DNA from: Okamejei kenojei
Taxonomy: Eukaryota
Length of the DNA stretch: 64,000 bases
NCBI GenBank assembly: GCA_035221665.1
Contig: CM069148.1
Coordinates: 35,030,001-35,094,000, forward strand
Direction of reading: 5' to 3'
In this document: positions 36,611 through 50,162 of the stretch, one piece after another
Layout of the letters: each line of letters opens with the position of its first letter
How positions within the stretch are numbered: the stretch's first letter is position 1
The notes under the pieces: model-generated
The model's input: the letters and a program-made list of their open reading frames with translations, nothing else
What the model was told of the DNA's origin: nothing
The model's database searches: none
Program-made: the position numbers and the translations under genes

Positions 36611-38233
36611 TACACACGCTCTTCTATTTATCTCTCTCTCTGTATGGCAGCAAGTCTACTGCCGTGCCACAGTGCCACCCTGTTTCAAAAACCTGTTCCA
36701 AAAACAAATAAGAACTGTAGTTTTGCCAGACCGGCGAGGTTGAAAATCACACGGGAGACAGATTTTGCATGTCGCAGTGCCGTTGTTATCTATCGGAGAG
36801 GTTTTACACCAGGATAAAAGTCAAAAGAAGAATGAAAATCCTGTTGGAAAGTCAGGAATTGTATTTCCCAACAGGCACGAAGACTCCTGGAAATGGGCAC
36901 AATTTCCCCCTTCTCCACATAAGTTGAATTTTAATTGTAGATTTAAAAAAAAAGAATGTTATGAGCCTTCCCCAGATAACAAATGTGTTCCATCTTTTCA
37001 GACGTCCATAAGCTCAGAAAATTCACAAAAATCATTGGATATGGTAATTATGCCTCCACAGTATTAAGTGAATGGCATCAAAAACACACACACCGCTGAT
37101 ATGAAAGTCTAATTTGCTAAAATTGGAGCGAGAGGAAACTAGTTCTGCCATTGATATGAACAAATGTATGTATGTAGTCAGACTTTTGAATTTAATAATA
37201 TTATGGAAGCCCGTTTGTATGTAGCGGTGTCTGCAAATATTGGCATTCGGTAACTGGGGATGGCCTCTATCGAGTGTATAGCCCTATAGAATTTCTAGGC
37301 GCATTTTTGAAGAGCTTTTCACTGCATCCAGCTATGACAATATTCTTCCAAGTGGTCACTAGAAAGCAGCATGGATCTGTGTGTGTTATTGGATCTTTTT
37401 TAACCTGTCCCAAGGGTTGGAACCCTGACCCAATGTTTCAGCCAAGGAAGATCAAATCTGATGCCACCTTGGCCAGTAAAGATGATCGCTTTCAGCGGTC
37501 TGTTTACTGAATAAATAATTGAGGAGGTGGATTGTGTTTTTTGGTGGAAAAATAGTTGATGTTCATACACAGATATCTTACTGTACAAATACTGTGCTTT
37601 AGATAGTGCAATGCCAAAACAATTTTCAAAGCCATTCTTTTCCAGAACTGGCACTAATTCTCTGAAAAGATCAACGGTGTTTTCTGCACAGATTATATTG
37701 CTTTGCCAAGCACCCGACTGGTTGGTTGCTACATTCATTATCAAATTTGATAATAATTGTGAAGACTTTCAACCCGAATATTCTGGGAAATGCAATCTAC
37801 AGCAAGAATATTGAAATGTGGCCAAATCTAGAATGAAACCTTCATGATTTTAAGAGGACCCAGGGCACTGCAGATGCTACTTTACAAAGAAAGGCACAAA
37901 GTACTGGAGTAGGTCAGCGGGTCAGGCCACATCTCTGGAGAACATGGATAGGTGACGTTTCAGCTTGGGACCCTTCTTCAGACTGATTGTGGTGTTGGGG
38001 GGGGGTGGGTATAGGTAGAGTGCTGGTTGCATAAAGGCTAGTCCCCCCCAACCCTCCTCACCTGCAATCAGTCTGAACAAAGTTCCTGACCTGAGACATT
38101 ACCTATCCAGGTCCTCCAGAGATGTTGCCTGACTCGCTGAGTTAATCCAATACTCTGTGACATTTTACTTAGTTTTAAGTGTGGGGAAATAGGTGAAAAA
38201 CTGCCTCCTTGCTTCAATAAATCAGTGGAGTTC

Positions 38234-38372
38234 CTCGGAGTGGGAGATTACAACCTTCACATGGTCCGCCCTGTTTCGACGAATGCAATCAACCTGGCGT
38301 GCACAATCAAATTAGATCAAATAGAACAAGTTGTCCTACAACTTTAGGCTGTGCACGCCATACGCAAGAAGA
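38234..38372 (+). mobile_element. Short retro-insertion with 10-bp TSD and (AAG)n tail
   Basis: AGTGGAGTTC at 38224-38233 and 38373-38382; internal inverted repeat TGGCGTGCACA/TGTGCACGCCA. Confidence 0.7.
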
Positions 38373-41300
38373 AGTGGAGTTCTTCAACACATCCTCAATC
38401 ATTTCAAGTAATCAAAATCTGTTTCATTGGCTCCTTTTATATAGGTGGCAAAACTATGATAAACCTTGTCACTTGGCTAGTTATTCCACAATTGGATTGC
38501 CCTTATATATTTCTTTGGAAAAGAGTACCTCTTATTGTTTAAATTGAAAACGCTTTCAATTGGCCATGTGGGCTTGTAAGTTCTTCCACTCCAGGAATGT
38601 CATGTTAAACTGTTGGTGCGGGCTAGACCGTAACATTTTGTCAGAGATGTTGCTACAACAAAATTCTGTTGCACATAAGTCCCATGGCATTTAGTTTTAG
38701 TTTACAGATACAGCATGGAAACTGGCCCAAGGCCCACCAAGTCCACGCCGACCATCGATCACCCGTTCGCACTAGTTCTACCTCATCCCATTTTCCCTAC
38801 CACTCCCTACACAAGCTCCACAGAGACAGCACCCGTAGTCACGATTGAGCCCAAGTCTCTGGCAGTCTCTACCAGCTGTGCCACATTGCCGCCCGTGTTG
38901 GCTTCAGTGAACTAGACAAGCACATTAACGTGCACAAAGGTCTTCTCTTCACTTCCTCCACCATTATGGAGAAGCCGTCGGAAGTCAGGCAGCTTGAGGA
39001 TCGTGTGGTGCTGTGGAGAAAGGGTGATGGCACGGGGAAGTTGATTGGAACCATGGACTATTTTACTTTCTACTAACAAATTTTCAGTCATCCTTCCCCG
39101 ATTATAAGTTGAGATTAATTGTAATGATTCAGTATGTACATTTATTCTGTGTACTTCACAGAATGTTCCATTTTGTTTTACAACCACAGCATGAGGGCAG
39201 AACAGTGGCGCAGTGGTAGGGCGGGAGGGCCAGAGACCAAGGTTCAATCTTTGAGGTGTGGGAGGAAACCCACATGGTCACAGGGAGAATGTACAAACTC
39301 CATACAGACAGCACCCGTAGTCAGCATCAAGCCCGGGTCTCTGGCATTGTGAGGGAGCAACTCTACCGCTGCACCACCCCAGTATCCTCAAGTCACTTCT
39401 AAAGTAAAACATAGCAGATAAAAGTAATGTTATCCCTTTATAATTTGGAACATGGTCAGATCCTACTAATCTGTTTTGCAGACATAAAATGTATTTGTGA
39501 GAACGTAAGTGCATGTTTACTGTCTGGACCAAAGATTATGGCTGTTATTGTGTAAGAAAAGAACTGAGTGAACTTGTGATATCTTCATAGAACTCGCGCA
39601 AGTATAGAAATGTTTTTCTATCTGCAGTGGGAGTTAACAATTCTTGATATTGAATTATCAGCCACAGCCTTATGTGAATGTAGTGTCAGCATAAAGAAAG
39701 TGTGGTTTAAATGGCATGCAACATGAGTTCCGTGTCGGTCAGGTTAGTTTTACGTCCCGTTGCATTGCTGTGCATACAGTATATGTAGTTCCTTTTTACG
39801 GTGGTGAAATGTAAATAGCGCTTCATGTTTATGCTCAGACATGAGCAGGATTGGTCCAACAGAGCTGGTTCAAGACCCTGTCCAACCTATGGGTTTGAAG
39901 TGCAAAGTTGGACCAAGTTGTAGGAAGTCAAAAGTAGCTCGGAGGGATGGCAGTAAGATCTGTTCGTAAAGTGAAAAGGTTGAACATTTTTCGTTTCTAC
40001 ATCCTGTTTCTTTTAATTCAGCTCTGGATCAATTAAACATTGTGGTATGCAGAGCAGGAATGTTGTTTGCAAGCCAGAACAAGCTGTGAATTCCAGCTAG
40101 GTGCCAAGATTTTCCATCAGTTGGATAAATCTGAGGCTCTGGATACCTCTCCCTCATCTTTGTTTCACTCTTTTCCTCCTTTGAAGATCTCCCCCTGGAC
40201 CTACGGCCATGTTCTGTTCATTGCCCCTTGCATAATTGTCCATGATACATGAATTTAAAGGTGACCACTTTTTACAGATGCATAAAGCACATATTATACA
40301 CACGTAAGCAAGTTCTGAATGTACTTCACGATTTTGTTTTTGGTGGGGGTGGGCACACAATTCCCTACTTCCCCCATACTTCCCTTGCCCTCCTTGTGAT
40401 TCCCAATACCTCTCTCTCTGGCAATAGTGCTAAGTTTTGTGCTGATCGCTCCTTTGATGTGCCTGAGGATATTGTAAGCCCATTATAGGTTATTTATAAA
40501 TGCAGGTTAACAAACGGTGGATCCCGGATATCAGAAATAAGAACAGAACTCGTTATGCAACAACTGTGGAGAGAAGAGCAGAGTTATTGTGACACCACCC
40601 TGACATGTTAATTCTGTTTCTCTCTCCACCCATGCTATTCTGCTGGCTGAGTAGATCCAGAATTTAGAAACAAGCAACTGCAGATGCTGGTTTACAAAAA
40701 AAAAAAGACACAAGGTGTTGGAGTAACTCAGCGGGTCAGGCAGTATCTCTGGAGAATATGGATAGGTAACGAATCGAGTTGGGACCCTTCTTCAATCTGA
40801 TTGATATGGGAGTGAGGTGGAGGGATGGGGGGGGGGGAGGTGAAAGCTGGGAGAGAGGGGAGGCAGGACAAAGTGTGGCACAGTAGGTTGACTCAGGCAT
40901 AGAGGAATTATCTTAGCAGCCCCTAAGGAATGGTAAATATTGCCTATATTGATGGAGGGATAAATATTAACTACTACAAGAGGATAATTGCAATTGACAC
41001 CCAAATTGGCTAGTAAATCAGTCAGTTTTGAAGAAGGATCCCGACCCGAAATGTCATCTATCCATGTTCTCCATGGATGATGCTGGAACCGTTGAGTTAC
41101 TCCAGCACCTTGTGCCTTATTTAACTATTTTCCTATTTTTGTCACTGAACAGGTGGTTGTTGTTCCATCAGTGTACTGTGGGCATGTGTGTGTCTTTGTG
41201 TGTCCAAATTATTGGGCACTATTTGAACAAGCGTTTGAACTTGTTAAATAAACATGTTCTGTTTCAAAGGAATTTTATCATCATGTTAGTTTAAGTCACT

Positions 41301-41569
41301 TGACCTTCCATTCTGAATTCAGTAGTCCCAGTGATTATTGAACAACACTTATCTGTTTCTCCTATCAAATTTATAGTCACTGAACTCTGCTGACTTCTCT
41401 TTTTGTTATTTTTACTATTTGTATTATCAACAGTGATCGTATTAGCAGCTTAAAGAGGAGCGCTGACAGCACTGAAACGTCATTATTTGAACCACTGGAC
41501 GAGTAAACATTATCTCACAAATTGAGCACATTGGGACAATTTTGATCTTCAACGTACTCATGTTCAGGG

Positions 41570-42080
41570 GTGGCAGCGGTAGAGTTGCTGCCTTACAGTG
41601 CCAGAGACCCTGGGGTTCGATCCTGACTACAGGTGCTGCCTGTACAGAGTTTGCACGTTCTCTCCGTTACCCAATGTGCAAGTAGGAACTGCAGTCGCTG
41701 GTTTAAACTGAAGATAGACACAAAAAGCTAGAGTAACTCAGTGGGGCAGGCAGCATCTCTGGAGAGAAGGAATGGGTGACGTTTCGGATAGACAGGTCCC
41801 TTCTTCAGATCTGTCTCGACCCGAAACGTCACCCATTCCTTCTCTCCAGAGATGCTGCCTGTCCCCCTGAGTTGCTCCAGCATTTTATCCCCATCTTCCT
41901 GTTACCCGTGTGGGTTTTCTCCGGGTGCTCCGGCTTCCTCCCACATTCCACGTGCTGGTTTGTAGGTTAATTGGTTTCTGTAAATTTTCCCTGGGGTGTA
42001 GGATAGATCGAATGTAGGCGTGATTGTTGATTAGCGTAAACTCAATGGGCCAAAGGACTGGCTTCCACGCAGTATCTCTA
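41570..42080 (+). mobile_element. V-SINE interrupted by a palindromic Penelope-derived element (~41675-41900)
   Basis: V-domain is split and GTTACCC recurs at both junctions. Confidence 0.75.
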
Positions 42081-42799
42081 GAAACCAAAAAAAAAATTAT
42101 GCTAGGATTTGACTGGGTAGCACACACAATTTTTTTTGTCACTGTTATTACTGTAATAAACCAATACCAATCAAATAAAAATCTGGCTTGCCTAGTATGG
42201 TTTCTATTCCCTACAATGGAAAGATGAGATGCTTTATAAGAGATGTTTCATAGAGTCATACAGCATGGAAACAGGCCCTTCGGCCCAACTTGCCCATGCC
42301 AACCAAGATGTCCCATTAATGCTAGTCCCACCTGCGCACTTTTGGCCCATATCCCTCTAAGCCTTTCTTATCTATGTACCTTTCCAAATGTCTTTTAAAT
42401 GTTATTTATAGTACCTGACTCAACTACCTCCTCAGGCAGCTTGTACCCATTACCCTCTGCATGAAATCGCTATTGATGACCGTGGAATGGTCTTCATCTT
42501 GAAGTCGGCTGACTTTCAGGTGAGGATTCTTGCTCCAGGGCAGATCCTTACTGTGGGTGTCCTATTTTATCTTGTGGGGCCTCTTGCAGATGATTACATT
42601 TGGGATGTTCACAAGGAAGGAAGTATCCTGCTGACGCTGTGACCTATTACTTTGTCTAAAGGAAACCTGAACTCTGAATTTATTGCAGCAATGAGCTGTC
42701 AATGAAATGCTGACCTGAGCGGTGGAATGCCATAAATCGCTTGCTTGCTCACTCACTTTCGCTGAGGTGTGTTCAAGTTGTGATTAGGTTACCAGATCA

Positions 42800-43095
42800 G
42801 CTGTGAAGTTTTGGACCTTTGATCTGGGGATGTGGACTGAGTCCCATCGTGGCAGCAGGAGAACTGAAGTTCAAGTAGTTAAATAACTCCGTAATTTAAA
42901 AAAAGGGATTGGTGTCAGTAAGAGTGAAATTAAAACGGCACGATTGGCAGAAAAAATCCATCTAGTTCACTTAGGAAGGAAAGCTGCTGTCATTGCCCAG
43001 TCTGGTTTATAGGTGACCACAGAAGCGGCAAAGTGGTTGCCTGCTCACTGCAGGGGCAAAAGGGCATGGGCAATAAATGCTGGCAGTGCTAGCAA
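42800..43095 (+). mobile_element. Older SINE with L2-like tail
   Basis: aaaatccatctagttcact..ggaaggaaagctgc...gggcaataaatgctggc; antisense relative at ~45070-45250. Confidence 0.5.
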
Positions 43096-43097
43096 CA

Positions 43098-43730
43098 GGG
43101 CGGCACGGTGGCATAACGGTAGAACTACCGCCTTACAGCGCCTGCGACCCGGGTTCGATCCTGACTACAGGTGCTTGTCTGTACAGGGTTTGTACGTTCA
43201 CCACATGACCTCCATGGGTTTTCTCCAAGATCTTTGGTTTCCTCCCACACTCCAAAGTCGTACAGGTTTGTAGGTTAATTAGCTTGGTGTAAATGTAAAA
43301 TTGTCCCTAGTATGTGTAGGATATTGTTAACGTGTGGGGGTCGCTGGTCGGTGCGGACTCAGTGGGCAGAAGGGCCTTTTTCCGGTCTGTATCTCTAGAC
43401 TAAACTAAACTAAACTAAACAACCACTCATTTAGAGTTTAAAGATACAGCGTGGAACCAGTCACATTGGCTCACCGAGTCCATGTTGACCATCGATCACA
43501 CATTCACACAGGTTCTATGTTATTCCACTGTCTCATCCACTCCCTACACACTAGGATGAATGTTCAGAGGCCAATTACCCTGCAAACCCTCACATTATTG
43601 CATGTGGGAGCACACCGGAGAACCCAGAGGAAAACCACATGTCACAAGGAAGAATGTGCAAACTCCACACGGACAGCACCCGAGCTCAGGCCTCTGGTAC
43701 TGTGAGGCAGCGGTTCCACCAGCAGTGCTG
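43098..43730. mobile_element. Tail-to-tail V-SINE pair
   Basis: + copy ~43098-43420 ending (AAACT)n; - copy ~43435-43730. Confidence 0.8.
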
Positions 43731-45848
43731 CCCTACATTTACCATCTACATTTAAAAATGTATTTAATAATATCAACCCACCTCTTCATCTCATTAGGAT
43801 GCAAAGTGCTGGCGTAACTCATCAGCACCTCTGGAGAACATGCATAGGAGACGGTTCGGCTTGGGATTTTTCTTCAGACTGTCTGAAGATGGGTCCCAAC
43901 CTGACACGTCACCTATCTATATTCTCCAAGGATGCTGCCCGACCTACTGAGTTACTCCAGCACTTTGTGCCCTTTTACAAAGGAAGTATCTAGATGAGCT
44001 CTGAAATCACCTAGGTATAGGTTTCAGACTACTGAAATTGAAGTAGTATTTGTTTCCTTTTGTGTAAACCAGCATCTCTGCAGCTTCTTCTTTCTTTATC
44101 TTAGTGTCTGCACTTAGTACATCTGACATTCAGTTCCTCATGGTTTGTTAAGGATGGTTTTTAAATATGTTTTATTCTTTTAAGTCAGATTTTGGAGCCC
44201 TGGATTAGTGGGCTGGCTCATATAGAAATCATGCTGTCAAAACTGTTTAGCAATAGTTCGAGAAAAACTAGGTCAACGAATTGGTGTCATTGTTCTCCAA
44301 AAACAAATGGATTTAACAGCATAAGCACTAGGATCAGCCCATGTGATGCCAGGAATCAGCTTTGTGAATACAAAACGAAGGAACGAGCTAACATCAGTTT
44401 TTTGTGCTTGTTTTTAGAAAGGGTTTGAGATGAGCATTACAATAGTTATTTCTGGAATGAGCCTACAATCTGTGCATTGTTTGAAATATCACGTTTGTGT
44501 TCAGTATTACTGAACCACACCCCTGCTCTTGTGAACTGATCTGAAGAATCTGGTCTTAAGAAGGGTCTCGACCCGAAACGCACCCATTCCTTCTCTCCAG
44601 AGATGCTGCCTGCCCCGCTGAGTTACTCCAGCGTTTTGTGTCTATCTTCCCTGTTCTTGCTCCACCTTTCTTTCCTATGAGGTTTGCCATTCAATGGCTG
44701 TGGTCTTGTCAAGGTGTGTAAGGGAAGATGCCTCCTCACCATTTGTATCACAGAAGTATTTTTTAAAAAATTGTTCATAGAATTAGAAGAAATGATTGTT
44801 TACTGACTCATGCTCAGTTTAGTTTGGAGATACAGTTTGGAAACAGGCCCTTCGGCCCACCGAGTCCAGGCCGACCATTGATCACCCGTTCACACTGGTT
44901 CTATGTTATCCCACATTCGCATCCACTCCCTACACTCTAGGGGCAATTTCCAGAGGCCAATTAACCTACAAACCAAATTTACCAGTCGCACCACAATGCC
45001 GCCCAAAGATCCTATAGCTCCGCTACTTGTGCTGGCTCTGTAATGTACGTCATTACTGGCAAGGTCTGTATTTGTAAGCTATGTTTAATAGTTCTGTACA
45101 ATGCTGTGCCAGTCCATTTTCAGGAAGAGTCAACCTCATTGCTATGAGGTTGTGACTTCTGGAGTATATATTAACCAGCAGACTGGGTAAGGATGGCAAA
45201 TTCCTGCCCCAGAAGCACATTATTGGCACTGAAGAAGCTGAATAGTTCCAAAGGGAGCTTGTATTTGTGGCCATTCAGGAGGGTTGAACCCGGATGATAT
45301 GCATCATCCACTGAACTGTGATGGGCAGCAGTGGAATCAATTTACACGTGCATTTCATTCAAGGTTGCTGTATTAATACGTGTATCTGGGATGAAACCTA
45401 TGACAGCGCTGTGTTTGCATTACCGAATGCCAATGCAGTCTGTGCCCATTCATAAACATTGTTCATTTCATTGACACCTATTGCCCAAAGAGATGGCATT
45501 TTGCCACTCAATCGGTCCTTCCCAAGGATGGTGGAGAACAGGACGTGCTGTTAACCTGCAGTGCCTCATGATCGCACTGTCCAGTTTAGCAACATGCTTT
45601 CTGCTTGCTCGAGAAGAGTGAGAGGACATTTGTTTGTAAGAAAACACTGCCCACAAGCACAGGGGGAGATCTTTTTAATGAAGTACAGGATGAGTCCATC
45701 AAATCATATTCACAGGCAACTACATGCCACAGTTTGCACTTGTTGAACGGTGCAGTTATCAGATGGGTAGTGACTGGCTGGCTGATGTGTTGTACCAGGG
45801 ATTTTGACGCATTTGAGCCCGCTTTATGCAGAAGCATGAAACTGAGTA

Positions 45849-46351
45849 CAGGTCCACCGCCAAATTTCCCGGCAACCGGTAGTCCTTTAATCCGGACAAA
45901 ATTCCAAGAGAGCACTTGAAATCCCTCCCAGAGGTCCTTTCAAAAATGTACCGCCTAGGCCGGCCGATCTCTTACCTCATCGGGTTACCTCTTCTGCTGC
46001 CGATATGCGGTTTGAATATTCCCCCTGTGGCTGGGGCTCACAGAGCCTGGAGGCCAGAGCCGGCAGATCCGTTCCCATAGCCGACTTCCATGGCCAATCA
46101 GCGGGTTGAATTTGCTCCCTGTGTCTGGGTCTCAGGAACTCCAGCCCAGCCGTAGCTGATAGATCCGTTCCCATGGCCAGCTTCCGAAGCCAACTCTGCA
46201 GGCCGGTATGTCGGCCCCTTTTGGCGGCGTAGGTGGATCATTCCAGCATCATTTGACTCCTCTCGGAGGATGGGACCTTTGCTGGTCCGGCACAATGGTA
46301 ATCTGGCAAGGCTTTGGAACCAAAAGTCCCGGAAAATCAGTGGTGGACCTG
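45849..46351. mobile_element. Tc1/mariner (pogo/Tigger-like) MITE
   Basis: TA|CAGGTCCACC...GGTGGACCTG|TA with ~23-bp imperfect TIRs, TA TSD and an internal ~90-bp tandem duplication. Confidence 0.8.
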
Positions 46352-46667
46352 TACCAAAGATTTTTGTTGAATGTTAAGCACAAAAATCATGAGAAAACAG
46401 GCATCATGTTTGTGGCGTTTACACAACATTGCAGAGGCTTGCAAGTTATATTATCGTGGTTTTCAAATTTCCCAGAATCAGCAGGATGATACAATGAGGA
46501 GATCCATGGGCATTTTGAAGTTTAACTTTGAATGATCTCTTTGCTCATTCATTTACACCAACAGAAGGTGCAAAAGCAACAAACTTGCATCCCACCTATA
46601 GCCCAGTCTAGTTACTTGATAATTTCAGTCGTCAACTCAAATCAGTGGTACCACTTTTTTCTGAGTT

Positions 46668-47024
46668 GGAAAATCTCACCATTGGAATTGAACCTACAAG
46701 CTACATTGCGAGTGCTGGAAATTCTTTATAGGTCAAGTAAGAAACTGCCTTTTGAGGTGAGTGTAAGAAATCCCATCATACCAACCAAAATAAATCATTG
46801 AATTTTGCCCAGTTTTTTTGCATCCATTTTTCCATCAACACACAAAGTTAAAAATAAGTGCACTGCATCACAGAAACAAGATGTGCACAGATCAAGGCTG
46901 GATTCTCCACTATAAAGGTGACTGTACTTCAAAATTAGCTTATTGGTGAGAAATACTTTGCGACCTTTCGTACTTCCGAGGGCTGCAGTCTCAATGAAGC
47001 CCCAACTGTGGGTTTTTTAGGAAG
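46668..47024 (+). repeat. Left arm of ~360-bp inverted duplication
   Basis: Aligns collinearly to the reverse complement of 49805-50162. Confidence 0.9.
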
Positions 47025-48989
47025 TGGCATTTGATATACTTCCCTCGGTCTGTTGTCTGCCTGGTTCCCAAGGCTCAGTGCCATTCCTCAATATATCAGC
47101 TGAGATAGAAACGAATACACAGATATGTGGGTCAACGTAACTCCAAAAGTGTGAAGTTATTCCTGGATTAATGAATCTGCACTTGTGCTTCCAAAGACAG
47201 GATTTAATTTTGACCTGAACAATGTAGGCAACTTCCACGTAGAGTAGAGGCTTTTTGCCACAGATGTGCAAGTAGTTTCATTAGTTGAGCCCTTCCTTCT
47301 TCTGAACGATTTGTTAAATCTCCTGGTAGCTCCTGGAGAGCAAAGAGTATCAATGAATTCCTGATCTAAACACTTGAAAGACGGTGGGTATGACTAAGGA
47401 GAAGACCTACCAAAAAGACTGAAGGGTTTCGGCCCGAAACGTTGCCTATTTCCATCGCTCCATAGATGCTGTTTGTCCAGCACTTTTGTCTACCCTAAAG
47501 TAGACCACATTCTGTATGCATTCTTGGCAGTAGCGCCCGATTGTTGGTGATGTTTGCATGAAGGAACTTGAACCATCTCCACTTCATGAAGGAGGATGTC
47601 AGAGGCATCGTACTTTAGTCATTGAGTCGTGCTACCTTTTTTTTCCTTTGGTATTGGGATGATTGAGTTTCTAAAAAGCAACCATTTTGATTATAAAATG
47701 CAGTGCTCCACGAGACCAATATAGAGACATCCAGGAAAAATAATTGAGAAAATGTGAAGAAATGCCCAAACCCAATAAACTTCATTACATCCACATAACA
47801 TCAAAACAATCAGAGTTACAATGAACACACTCCATCCTCATACATTTTCTTTGGAAAGTTTAACACGACATTCTCTACAGTAGCTCTGAACAATCACTCA
47901 GATAAAACTTTTGTGGAATATTTAATGGAATGAATCATTTAAGGGAATTTATGATTTAATTCCATCAAATCTAATCGTCAAATCATTTCAACACACATTC
48001 AACCTTCCTCCTATCTGCTGTGACTTTCGAGATGAGAAATGAGCTAGGATTGTGTCATCAATATGGGAAAAATGCAGAAGGAAAACAATGTATGTTTAAT
48101 AAGAGCTGAGCAGAATTTTGGGGAAATGAAGAAATAGTTTTAGAAACCACATGCTGAGGAAATGAAGACATGTGTAGGTTGTTATTTTACAGTCTGTTGT
48201 CTCAGTAAATTATTATTAGATGCACCGGTATATGATCAGAAAAAGATACAAGTCATTGAACTATAGAGGCAAAATAAAAAAAAACATTTGTAATCAACTG
48301 GGTTCTACTATTGAAACTATATATTTTTATTCATTACTTTTCTTTTGTATCATTTCACTCTCCAAACTCAGGCTATTACATTAGTCCTCTCACAAGATCC
48401 ACTTAAAATAGAGTCAAATGGTAAAGGAGTGTTATTTGACTGCAATAGTGTGTTAGAGGGTTATAGAGTTGGACTGAATGCCCTTTGGCACAACTCAATC
48501 ATGCGACCAAGGTGTCATGCCAAACTAGTCCCATTTGCCCATATCCCTCTAAACCTTTCACATCCATGAATACAGCCAAATGCATTTAAAACATTTAGTT
48601 TATCCAGTTAATTTCCGTCGACTGTCCTTTCCAAATAATTTTCTTCCAATTATTTAACCAGTTTTCATTGAAAGTTACTGTTCAATTTGCTTCACCAAAC
48701 AATGCATTCATTCAGTCTGAAGAAGGGTCTCGAACCAAAACGTCGTCCATTCCTTTACTCCAGAGATACTGCCTGTCCCACTGAGTTACTCCAGCGTTTT
48801 GTGTCTATTGTTTGAACGTACACATTCTCTGTCTGTCCTGTTTCATCTCCCCTGTTAGAGTCATGGAGGCATACAGCATGGAAGCAGGCCCTTTGGCCCA
48901 ACTCGTCCATGCAGATTATGATGCCCCTTTGAAACTAGTCCCATGTATCTTGCCATCATCTGCTATCAGTTACTACTCCCTGCTACTTG

Positions 48990-49326
48990 TTTTGTTTAGT
49001 TTAGTTTAGAGATACAGTGTGGAAACAGGACCTTTGGCACACCAGGTCCGCGAGGCCATCTGTCACCCACACACTAGTTCTATATTATCCCAGTTTTACA
49101 TTCTACACACTAGGAGCAATTTACAGAAGCCAATTAACCTACATACCTTTAACCTACAACCCACATACATATCTTTGGATGATGGAGAACACCAGAGCAC
49201 CAAGAGGAAACCCACGTGGACATTGAGAGAATGTACAAACTCCATACAGACGGCACCTGTGGTCAGGATCGAACCCAGGCCTCTGGTGCTGGAAGGCAGC
49301 GACTCTACTTCTGCACCACTGTGCCG
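48990..49326 (-). mobile_element. V-SINE
   Basis: (AGTTT)n tail, antisense V-domain and head. Confidence 0.8.
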
Positions 49327-49804
49327 CTCTACATCTACCTATTTATAATTTTATCCTTCATAAATTTCATACTGCATTAAAGCTCCCTGTAATCACCTGC
49401 TCTGGGATCATCATAGGTTCATTTGCTCAGTCTTTATTCAAGGACCATGGCAAACTCTCAAGTGGAAATGTGACCAGTTATTTCTGTAAGCAAACCACCG
49501 ACCTTGAAAATTAATATTTCACTAAGCAACTTCCTGATAAATGATAGTGTGACGTCAAGGCTTGTAGCATAAACTATTTTGTTGTGTGCCCTCTTTCGAT
49601 ATAATTTTGCGGTTCCTTGTTTATTTATTATACTGTTTCTATGAAAAGCAGAGTTTCCCAGGCAAAATGAATCTAGTTTATGTTGGATAAAGAGCAAATT
49701 TATTACTTTCAACAATTTGCATTAATTTCCTGTTTATACCACAAAGGAATTTGAGCCTTGAGAAGAAGGCGGCCAATAGCCCGAGGGAAGTATGTTAAAT
49801 GAAG

Positions 49805-50162
49805 CTTCCTATAAACCCACAGTTGGGCTTTCATTGAGACTGCAGTCCTTGGAAGTAAGAAAGGTCATAAAGTATTCCTCACCAATAAGCTGATTTTGAA
49901 GTACAGTCACCTCTGCAGTGGAGAACCTAACCTTGGTTTGTGCACATCCCATTATCCCATGAACCATAATCCAAAGTACTTTTTTTAACTGTATGTTGAA
50001 GGAATAATGTAGGCAAAGAAATTGGGTGAAATTCAATGATTTTCTTTTGTTAGTTTGAGGGAATTTCTTAAACTCACCTTCAAATGGCAACTTTATTACT
50101 TCATAAAGCATTTCCAGCACTTCAATGTAGATATACGTTCAATTGCAGTGGTGAGATTTTCC
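49805..50162 (-). repeat. Right arm of ~360-bp inverted duplication
   Basis: Aligns to 46668-47024; inner ~120 nt about 85-90% identical by eye. Confidence 0.9.
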
